Assembly: GCA_035541215.1 (NCBI GenBank)
Contig: DATKNV010000013.1
Coordinates: 8,315-72,314 of the forward strand
Direction: 5' to 3'
DNA length: 64,000 nucleotides
DNA from: Stellaceae bacterium
GTDB lineage: Bacteria > Pseudomonadota > Alphaproteobacteria > ATCC43930 > CGMCC-115725
This document shows positions 38,895 through 45,692 of this stretch, piece after piece (position 1 is the first letter of the stretch; each line of letters starts with the position of its first letter). The notes under the pieces were generated by a model, which had not been told where the DNA came from, made no database searches, and saw only the letters and a list, made by a program, of their open reading frames with translations. The position numbers and the translations under genes were made by a program.

Positions 38895-41284
38895 GGAGAA
38901 TTTTCCGACAGAAGCGCGAAAACGGCGATGCGCCCGCCGCCGCCGACGGCGCCGACCTTCCCCGCGAATTCCGTCTCGCCCTCGTAGCCCGAGAGCAGCA
39001 GCTCGCAATGGAACGGCTCGGTCGCGTAGACGCCGCGGCGGGAGACCGCGGGCCGGCGCGGCGCCAGCATCGCCTGCTGGAGCGCGAGGCTCGCCGCGCG
39101 CGGCTCCGTCACCGGAGCGAGATCGCAGGTGACGCAGGCCTCCGCCTTTTGCGCGAGACGCGCGGCGAAGGCTGCCGCCTCGAGCGCGCTCGCGACGAGC
39201 CAGACCCGGCATCCGCCCTCTAGCGTCACGGGCCTCCCCAGCGCATTGGCCGCCGCGTCGCCCGCCGCACCGGCATCGCCGTCGAGACACACGAAGGCCG
39301 GCGGAACGGGCCCCGCGGGGCCTCGCTGCTCCGCGAGCCGCGCGGGATCGACGGTATCGGGCCCGGCGACGATCCGTTGTCCGGCCGCGCGCCAGGTTCG
39401 CATCGCCGCCCCCGCGACCGAGGTGCCGCCGCCGTCCCAGCCGAGGCAGAGCTGGATGCTCTCGCTCTCGAGCTCGCGTGCCCGCTGGATCGCCTGTCCC
39501 ATTGCGAGACGCGAGGTCAGATAGCGGTCGTCGCCGGTTCCGGCCGACGTCTCCTGGCCGAAAGCGGCGATGCGGGCCGCGCGGTCGAGACAGGCGGCGC
39601 TGCGCCGCGCCCATTCGGCATGTCCCGGCAGCTTCACGCGGCCGGATTGCGCGATCACCCGGTCCGGCAGCACCGCGTTGAATTCGGCACCCGCTTCGAT
39701 CAGCGTCTCCGCGGCGACGATCTCCGCGGGATTGGCGAGGCCGCCGAAGATCCAGGCGGGCTCCGCGCGCCCCGCAAGCGCACGCAGACCCGCCGCGAAT
39801 CTCCCCTCGTCGAAGGGCTCCGAGAATCCGCCATCGGCGATGAAATGCGCGACCGGCGGCTGACGGAGCGCATCGAGGATGCGGCGCTCCGGCACCTCCA
39901 GGAGGCCGCAGAGCATGCGCATTTGCCGCCGCGTGCTCGCGATCTTGCCGCGATCGGCGTCGTTGCACTGGCGCGCGCGCTCGAGGAGCTGTGCGGCGCG
40001 CTCGACCTTGCCGAGGACGAGCGCCGCCTCGGCCGCGCTCGCGATCTCGTAATAGGAGCCGGGATCGTCGCCCAAATGGCGGAGGACCTCCGTCGCGACC
40101 TCGCGCGCACGCGCGCGGTCACCCGCCGCGATGAACATCGTGGCGGCGTTGATGGCGGCGTAATAGCCGCCGAACTTCTTGTGGACGGCCTCGTAGCATT
40201 CCGCCGACCCAAGCGCCAAGGCGCGCTTGGCGGAGCGGTCGCGCTCCTGAGCCCAAAGGTCCTTCCTCAGCCGCGCCTCGAGCGCCGCCGCGTCCTCGTC
40301 CGCCGCATTCTCCGCGAGGTCGAACTCCCGGAGCATCCGCCAGGCCTCGTGCACGGCGCCGGAACGCGCGCTCGCGAGCACCGCGCGATGCCGGATCAGA
40401 GGATCGCGCGCGAGCGAGGGCCGGCGCAGCGCCTCGAGCGCGAGCTCCCAGGCCTCGAGGTTGCAGCCGCGGGCGAGCGCGAGGTCGATCTGGTCGAGCC
40501 AGGTGGCGGCGTTCCAGCCGCCGCGGCTCCCGCGCCGCATCTTCGCGAAGATGCGGAGGCGGTCGAGCTGAAGGATGGTGAGGCGCTGCTGCTTGTCGAC
40601 GGCGATGATGCCGCCGTCCTGCCAGAGGTTGAGCGCCTCGAGGACGCTCCGGCGGTCGACCCCGAGGGCGAGCGCGAGCTTGCCGTGGGTGAGGCGCTCG
40701 GGGATCTGAATTTGCGCGCCCTCGCGCACGCCCAGATGCTCCGCGCGGCGCAGCAGATAGCGCGCGAGGCGGATCTCCACGAGCCCCGCGAAGGCGAGCC
40801 CGTCGATGAGCGAGAGCAGCTCCGCCATCTCGCCCGCGAGCTTGGCGCCGACGGCCTGCGCCACCGCCGGCTCCTCCGCGACGAAGGCGCGGAACTCCGC
40901 GGCGGGGATCTCGATGATCGCGGAATTGGTGACGGAGACGGCGCGCAGCGAGGCGAGCGCGCCCGGCGCGCCCTCGCGGGCGCTCGCCATCGTCATCGCC
41001 TCGCCGAAACTGTCGCCGCGGCCGAGGAGCGCCACCGAGAGGCTCTGATCGCCCTCCTCGGAGGTCGCGAAGATCTCGGAGACGCCGTGCTCGACGACGC
41101 AGACGATGCGCTGGGCGCGCTCGGTGGTCGCGATGACCTCGCCCGCGGCATAGGCGCGGAGCCGCGAGGCCTGCGCGAGCGCGTCGATCCGCTCGGGCGC
41201 CGCCGGCTTGAAGACGCGCGAGGCCCGCATCACCGCCGCCATGAAGCCGCGGTCGATGCTGGGCGCGCGCGTGTTTGCCGGCAT
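38891..41284 (-). CDS. Crp-like cNMP-binding + HTH regulator fused to TPR (DUF4071-like), SLOG-like and degenerate cyclase-homology regions
   Basis: aa ~25-135: cNMP-binding beta-barrel (LLGRGDSFGE). aa ~170-235: Crp-type HTH (LTHGKLALALGVDRRSVLEALN). YYAAINAATM TPR block. GGLANPAEIVAAE...LGWDGGGT is SLOG-like. The C-terminus aligns with the cyclase of the upstream gene, but the metal-Asp motifs are altered (FVCLDGDAG; LEGGCRVWLV). The ATG overlaps the upstream stop (TGATG). Confidence 0.75.
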   Translation of the reverse strand: MPANTRAPSIDRGFMAAVMRASRVFKPAAPERIDALAQASRLRAYAAGEVIATTERAQRIVCVVEHGVSEIFATSEEGDQSLSVALLGRGDSFGEAMTMASAREGAPGALASLRAVSVTNSAIIEIPAAEFRAFVAEEPAVAQAVGAKLAGEMAELLSLIDGLAFAGLVEIRLARYLLRRAEHLGVREGAQIQIPERLTHGKLALALGVDRRSVLEALNLWQDGGIIAVDKQQRLTILQLDRLRIFAKMRRGSRGGWNAATWLDQIDLALARGCNLEAWELALEALRRPSLARDPLIRHRAVLASARSGAVHEAWRMLREFDLAENAADEDAAALEARLRKDLWAQERDRSAKRALALGSAECYEAVHKKFGGYYAAINAATMFIAAGDRARAREVATEVLRHLGDDPGSYYEIASAAEAALVLGKVERAAQLLERARQCNDADRGKIASTRRQMRMLCGLLEVPERRILDALRQPPVAHFIADGGFSEPFDEGRFAAGLRALAGRAEPAWIFGGLANPAEIVAAETLIEAGAEFNAVLPDRVIAQSGRVKLPGHAEWARRSAACLDRAARIAAFGQETSAGTGDDRYLTSRLAMGQAIQRARELESESIQLCLGWDGGGTSVAGAAMRTWRAAGQRIVAGPDTVDPARLAEQRGPAGPVPPAFVCLDGDAGAAGDAAANALGRPVTLEGGCRVWLVASALEAAAFAARLAQKAEACVTCDLAPVTEPRAASLALQQAMLAPRRPAVSRRGVYATEPFHCELLLSGYEGETEFAGKVGAVGGGGRIAVFALLSENSP

Positions 41285-43056
41285 CACTCGCCCGGCCGCG
41301 AGCGGCGCAGCGAGTACATGCGGCACGCGCCGTATCCCTTGGCCATCGGCTGAATCCCCACGTACTCGCAGCGGAACTCGCCGCCGGCCTCGCAATAGAG
41401 CGTCGCCGCGAATTGCTCCGTGACGTAGATCGCGCCCACTTCGGTCACGGGCTCGATGCGCGCGGTCCGGATGATCTCGGTGCCGAAGAACTTGTTGCGC
41501 TTGGTGACGCGGTCGTAGCCGCGGCTCACCGGCCCCACATGAGCGCCGACGCGAAGCCCCTGCACCGTCGGCAGCCCCACCCGCTTCAGCCGCTCCGGCC
41601 GCATCGTCTCCTGGAGCGCAAGGCAGCAGCGTGCCGCGGTCGAGACGCCGGAGACCACGAGATAGATGCCGTCCCCCGCGGTCTCCGCATATTCGACGGC
41701 GGCGCCGAAGGGCTCGAGCGCGTCGCCGAAGCCGCCGATGACGTGATCCAGAAAGCCCGCCATGTCGCGCTCGGCGAGCGTGCTGAAGCCCTTGACGTCG
41801 CCGAAGACGAGCGCGCGCTTGACGCGCACCGGAGGCGGCGGGTCCTGGGGCGGTGCCCCGACGCGGCCGGGCTTGCGCGCGAGGAGCGCTGCCGGCGTTA
41901 AGATGAGCGCGGACCGCTGCGCCTCGATCGCTATCCGGCGCGCCGGCGCGTCGAGTGCCTCCGCGCGCAGCAAGGTGAGCCCCATCATCTGCTCGAGGCA
42001 AAGCGAGAGCGAGGTCGGCTCATCCGCCTCGCCGGACTCGGTGACGACGCTCACGGAGCTCCTGCGGTCGAGGCAGCGTTGGTAGGGCTCTTTCCACCGC
42101 GGCGCCGCCGCCTCCAGCGCCTCGAGGCAGGTCTTCTCGCTCGCCGACAGCACCAGGTTGAGCTGCGCCTTCCTGGCGATGAGCGCCTCGGCGAGGCAGA
42201 TGTCCAGGGGATCGAGGAGGGTCACGTAGACGGCGGCGCCCTCGGCCCGTGGCAGCACGCGATCGAGCTCCCGCTCGAGATTGGCCCGCGCCGCGTCGCT
42301 CCCGTCGAAAGCCGGCGCGGCCGCTCCGCGATCCCGGAGGAAGCACGCGACCTCGGGCTCGCCCAGCGCGTCGATCAGCTCGCGGCCCAGCCCCTTTGCC
42401 TTGCTGAGCCAGCGCATCTGCTTGCGCGTCGCGGCGATCTCGTCTTGCGCGGCCTTGGGCAATTTTGCCGCGCGCCACAGCGTCGCGGCCGCCGCAGCAA
42501 TGTCGTCGAGCAGGACCAGCGCCTCGCCTTGGGTCGCGAGCGTCCAGTAATTCTCGGCCTCGCCCCGCGCGAGGCGCAGCGCCTCGCCCGCCATCGTCTT
42601 GGAGCGCTCGACGTCTCCCGCGAGGAACCACATGCTCGCGGCGTTGATGGCGGGGTAATAGCTGTCGCCGCCGCGCCGGAACACCGCCTCGTAGGCGGCC
42701 GCGGACGCCCTGAGGAGCCGGGTCTGCTCCTCGCCCGAGGCCTCGACGGCGCGGTCCTTGAAGAGGCGCGCCTCCAACGCCCCGAATTCGTTGACGAGAT
42801 GGCCGCTCGCGATCACCGCGATCCTGCCCTTCGCCTCGAGGTCGGCGAGCCGCGCCTGCGCGCGATTGGTGGCGCCCGCGCGCGCCAGCGCGAGCAGCGC
42901 CTGGTATTCGAGCTCCATCGCCTCCGGATGCTCGGCGAGGCCGCGCCGGGCCAAATCGAACATCTTGAAGTAGTCGGCCTCTTTCTTCCGGACCTCGTTG
43001 ACCCGCTGCAGCCAGGTCTCGACGGGCGTCTTCTCGGCCGTGCTGCCCGTGTCCAT
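41284..43056 (-). CDS. TPR (DUF4071-like) + class III adenylate/guanylate-type nucleotide cyclase
   Basis: SYYPAINAASMWF TPR block. The C-terminal cyclase domain has VFGDVKGFS and ETAGDGIYLVV (two metal-binding Asp motifs) and GTEIIRTARIE. ATG at 43056 lies 10 nt after the upstream stop. Confidence 0.8.
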   Translation of the reverse strand: MDTGSTAEKTPVETWLQRVNEVRKKEADYFKMFDLARRGLAEHPEAMELEYQALLALARAGATNRAQARLADLEAKGRIAVIASGHLVNEFGALEARLFKDRAVEASGEEQTRLLRASAAAYEAVFRRGGDSYYPAINAASMWFLAGDVERSKTMAGEALRLARGEAENYWTLATQGEALVLLDDIAAAAATLWRAAKLPKAAQDEIAATRKQMRWLSKAKGLGRELIDALGEPEVACFLRDRGAAAPAFDGSDAARANLERELDRVLPRAEGAAVYVTLLDPLDICLAEALIARKAQLNLVLSASEKTCLEALEAAAPRWKEPYQRCLDRRSSVSVVTESGEADEPTSLSLCLEQMMGLTLLRAEALDAPARRIAIEAQRSALILTPAALLARKPGRVGAPPQDPPPPVRVKRALVFGDVKGFSTLAERDMAGFLDHVIGGFGDALEPFGAAVEYAETAGDGIYLVVSGVSTAARCCLALQETMRPERLKRVGLPTVQGLRVGAHVGPVSRGYDRVTKRNKFFGTEIIRTARIEPVTEVGAIYVTEQFAATLYCEAGGEFRCEYVGIQPMAKGYGACRMYSLRRSRPGE

Positions 43057-43066
43057 CTCCGCCCCC

Positions 43067-44206
43067 TCAGTGCTGCGCTGTAGCCCAGGCCGGAAACGGG
43101 TCGGGGAGCTGCGCCCAGCCCTTGGGCCCGAGCGCGAGCTCCGCCTCGCTGAGCGCGCAGGCGTCGAGCGCGCCTCGAATCTCGCCGGCGTCGAAGCCAT
43201 GCCCGATGAACACGAATTCCTGCTGGCGATCTCCGAAGGGCTCCCGCCAGCGCCGCTCGATCGCCGCGGCCGCGGCCGTGGGCCAGCGGTCCCGCGGCAT
43301 GCTCGCCCACCAGAGTCCGACGGGATGAGCGACGCTCAGCGTTCCGCAGCGCGACCACGCGCAGACGAGATCAGGACGCGTCGCGAGCCAGAATTGCCCG
43401 ACCGCGCGATAGACGCCGTCGAAATCGCGGCGCATGAGCTCGGCCAAGCGCGCGCCGCTGAACGGGGTCCGCGTCCGGTGGATGAGAGCCTCGAGCCCTA
43501 GCGTCGCAAATTCCGGCGGCCGATGGCCCGCCTGCAGCATCTGCCAGGCGGGCACGCCGTCGTGCCCCGGCGGAAGCGCCGCAAGGTCGCGTGCGAGCTC
43601 CGTCGGATCGGTGTGGAGGACGATCTCGGCGCCGCCGTTCAAGGATCGCAGCATCCTGCGCAACCGCAGCAGCTCATCCGCGCCGAGCTCCCGCGCGTCG
43701 ACGACGAGGCGGTCCGCATACTCGATCGACGCGAAGAGCGCCGCGCGGGCCATGGCGTGCGACTGCCGGTGATCGTGGGCGTGATCGTGATGCTCGTGGC
43801 CGTGGTCGTGGCCGCAAGCCTCGCCGTGGTGATGATGGCGGTGATGATCGTGCTCATCTCCGCAGCAGGCCTGCGCGGACGGCCCGGCCGTCGCGCCCTC
43901 GGCGAGAGCCGCGAAGAGCGCCGCGGGCTCGATCGCAGCGATGGCGCGCGTCCTTCCGGCGGCGTGCAGCTCCGCGAGGCCCGGCGGCATCTGGTCCGGC
44001 GGCATCTGCGCGAGCGCGGGACCGGAGGGGCCGCCGGTTACGTCGAGCAAGAGGTCCGGGCCCTCCGACGCGGCCGGGAGCCGCGGCAGCGCGCCCCCGC
44101 TCGCCTCGGGCCAATCGAGAAGGCGCGGGCCGGTCCCGCGCACGAGTTCCGTCCGGCAACGCTCGCGCAACGCGTCGCCGACGAAATAAATCAAGCCCAG
44201 CGACAT
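43067..44206 (-). CDS. CobW C-terminal-domain (COG0523-like) protein with a His-rich tract; no Walker A seen
   Basis: CobW_C-like C-terminus (RTPFSGARL...YRAVGQFWLATRP...QEFVFIGHGFD) and His-rich CCGDEHDHHRHHHHGEACGHDHGHEHHDHAHDH. No GxxGxGK[ST] appears in the N-terminus. ATG at 44206 is preceded by GGGAGGG. Confidence 0.7.
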   Translation of the reverse strand: MSLGLIYFVGDALRERCRTELVRGTGPRLLDWPEASGGALPRLPAASEGPDLLLDVTGGPSGPALAQMPPDQMPPGLAELHAAGRTRAIAAIEPAALFAALAEGATAGPSAQACCGDEHDHHRHHHHGEACGHDHGHEHHDHAHDHRQSHAMARAALFASIEYADRLVVDARELGADELLRLRRMLRSLNGGAEIVLHTDPTELARDLAALPPGHDGVPAWQMLQAGHRPPEFATLGLEALIHRTRTPFSGARLAELMRRDFDGVYRAVGQFWLATRPDLVCAWSRCGTLSVAHPVGLWWASMPRDRWPTAAAAAIERRWREPFGDRQQEFVFIGHGFDAGEIRGALDACALSEAELALGPKGWAQLPDPFPAWATAQH

Positions 44207-44288
44207 TCTCGCCCTCCCTCGGTCTTTGTAGCCGATCCGTCGCACGGCCGCATCTGCGATCGAGATGGCGTCGCGCCGGGGCTGGCGC

Positions 44289-44304
44289 TGTGAATCGCAT
44301 CACA
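44289..44304. promoter_or_regulatory. perfect Crp-type palindrome TGTGAATCGCATCACA in the divergent intergenic region
   Basis: Read directly. It matches TGTGA-N6-TCACA at 10/10 specified bases. The centre lies ~84 bp upstream of the first small-protein ATG and ~90 bp upstream of the CobW_C-like ATG on the other strand. Confidence 0.55.
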
Positions 44305-44379
44305 TTTCCGGTCATCGCGGGGACCAGGTGTAATAGTGTATCTGGTCGAGCCACGCCCTCCCTGCGCTCCGGAGGATTC

Positions 44380-44616
44380 ATGACCAATCCCAAGCAGCCG
44401 AGAGCCGGCATCAAGCTCCAGAGGCGCACCGCCGAGCCGCTCGACACGGCCAAGGTCCCCGTCGCCGCCAAGGAGGAGGTGTCGGAGGTGAGCGGACAGT
44501 ACGATGCCTGGGTCCGCTGCCCCCATTGCGATGCCAGGGGATTCGTCGGCGGTCTCGAGCACCGCCATTACATCGCCGTGCGCTGCTGGGCCTGCGGCGA
44601 GGCCTTCCTCGCGTGA
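44380..44616 (+). CDS. 78-aa Cys4 (CPxC-x18-CWxCG) small protein, paralogue 1
   Basis: ATG at 44380 with GGAGG 4 nt upstream. Aligns without gaps to two downstream paralogues. Conserved KEE..VSGQYD.W.RCP.C ... CW.CG..FLA. Confidence 0.75.
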   Translation: MTNPKQPRAGIKLQRRTAEPLDTAKVPVAAKEEVSEVSGQYDAWVRCPHCDARGFVGGLEHRHYIAVRCWACGEAFLA

Positions 44617-44637
44617 CGCGCCCCGGCGCGAGCGGGG

Positions 44638-44653
44638 TGTGAATCGGATCACG
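44638..44653. promoter_or_regulatory. Crp-type box TGTGAATCGGATCACG
   Basis: 9/10 match to TGTGA-N6-TCACA. GGCGCATAGA lies downstream, with its CATAGA hexamer starting ~50 bp from the box centre, the same spacing as in the 45147 copy. If CATAGA acts as a -10, the box centre falls near -61.5. Confidence 0.5.
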
Positions 44654-44765
44654 AAAAAGCGACACCGAGACTGGCTTATCCTCGGAGGCCGGCGCATAGA
44701 GAAGGCGGGCGGGAACCGCGCCATCGTGCCGCGCGGTACTGGTAGTCGGCCCGGAAGGAGGTCAC

Positions 44766-45002
44766 ATGACGGCGCCAAAGCAAATGCGAGAGGGTATCGG
44801 TCTCGACAAGGCAACCGCGGACAAGCTCGACAAGAAGCGGATCGCGGCCACCCAGAAGGAAGAGCCCGCTGAGGTCAGCGGCCAGTACGACGCCTGGGTC
44901 CGCTGCCCCAGCTGCGGAGCGGCCTGTTACGTGCGCGGCCTCAGCACCAACTATTACGTCCCGCGCCAGTGCTGGAACTGCGGCTACGTATTCCTCGCCT
45001 GA
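44766..45002 (+). CDS. 78-aa Cys4 small protein, paralogue 2
   Basis: ATG at 44766 preceded by GGAAGGAGG. Same length and conserved motifs as paralogues 1 and 3, plus one extra Cys. Confidence 0.8.
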   Translation: MTAPKQMREGIGLDKATADKLDKKRIAATQKEEPAEVSGQYDAWVRCPSCGAACYVRGLSTNYYVPRQCWNCGYVFLA

Positions 45003-45146
45003 GCCCCTCGGGATCGAGCCGCCGCCCTCCCCGCCCGACCGGCCGGAGGCGGTGGTTCCATTTCAAGCCAGAAAATATCGATGGAAGGCGCTGGGCATGC
45101 CGTACCGGGCCGATTTGTCGCACCGGCCCGCATTCCGCGCCCGGGA

Positions 45147-45162
45147 TGTGAAGCGGATCACG
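45147..45162. promoter_or_regulatory. Crp-type box TGTGAAGCGGATCACG
   Basis: 9/10 match. Followed at the same spacing by GGCGCATAGA (45200..45209), so it looks like a duplicated promoter unit. Confidence 0.45.
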
Positions 45163-45336
45163 CCGGAACCGAAGCCGGCCTCGCATATCTGCGGCTAGCG
45201 GCGCATAGAACCTCGCGAGCCCCCGGCGGTTGGAGCGTCGGCGCCACTAAGGTCCCCAGGGAGCAGTTGAGAAGAGATCAGGGAACGAAAGGAGAAATGC
45301 TGCGGAAATCTCAGGCCGACTAAGGTCTCTCGGTTC

Positions 45337-45366
45337 GCGACAGGCGAAAAATTCTTCTGTATATTT
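45337..45366 (+). promoter_or_regulatory. sigma70-like promoter candidate with extended -10 (GCGACA - 18 bp - TGtTATATT)
   Basis: Local AT-rich island in otherwise GC-rich DNA, ~75 bp upstream of the paralogue-3 ATG. Confidence 0.35.
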
Positions 45367-45395
45367 TTTTGTGAAATCGCATGGGCGCTTTCACG

Positions 45396-45415
45396 CAGCG
45401 GCTGATGCCGCTGCT
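45396..45415 (+). other. 5'-UTR stem-loop (GCAGCGGC-TGAT-GCCGCTGC) just upstream of the paralogue-3 RBS
   Basis: Perfect 8-bp inverted repeat with a 4-nt loop, read directly. The RBS AAAGGAGG follows about 12 nt later. Confidence 0.35.
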
Positions 45416-45439
45416 GCATCGAAACCTAAAGGAGGTACC

Positions 45440-45676
45440 ATGCCGGCACCGAAGGAAGTGAAAGAGGGCATCAAGCTCGAGAAGTCGACCTCGGACAAAC
45501 TCGACAAGAAGAAGGTCGCCAAGGGCCTCAAGGAAGAGCCCTCCCAGGTCAGCGGCCAGTACGACGGCTGGCGCAGGTGTCCGTATTGCGGCGCCAACAA
45601 TTTCTGCGTCGGGATGCGGTCCGACGTCTATCTCACCTACTACTGCTGGAGCTGCGGCGGCGCGTTCCTCGCCTAG
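45440..45676 (+). CDS. 78-aa Cys4 small protein, paralogue 3
   Basis: ATG at 45440 preceded by AAAGGAGG. Same conserved motifs, plus one extra Cys. Confidence 0.8.
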   Translation: MPAPKEVKEGIKLEKSTSDKLDKKKVAKGLKEEPSQVSGQYDGWRRCPYCGANNFCVGMRSDVYLTYYCWSCGGAFLA

Positions 45677-45692
45677 CCAGTTCCGACGGGCT

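Noticed and set aside
38895-39968. Upstream extensions of the long ORFs 36993..39968 and 38891..42001
   Set aside because: The extensions overlap the neighbouring well-supported genes out of frame and are Arg-rich nonsense. Starts were placed at the coupled TTG (38894) and ATG (41284) instead.
39377-41353. 658-aa ORF on the + strand
   Set aside because: Antisense shadow of the Crp-like/TPR gene. Arg/Glu/Gly-rich with no recognisable domain.
43591-44379. Upstream 263 codons of ORF 43591..44616
   Set aside because: Antisense to the CobW_C-like gene and Arg/Pro-rich. Only the last 237 nt (44380..44616), with an RBS and two paralogues, look coding.
45081-45323. 80-aa ORF in the long spacer, and its terminal mini-ORF MLRKSQAD (45297..45323) with an AAAGGAGA RBS
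   Set aside because: No similarity to the 78-aa paralogues or to anything I recognise. The 80-aa frame has poor coding character. The 8-codon ORF could be a leader peptide, but there is no supporting evidence.
45371-45386. TGTGAAATCGCATGGG as a fourth Crp box
   Set aside because: Only the left half-site matches and the right half is lost. I treat it as a degenerate remnant or UTR element, not a called site.
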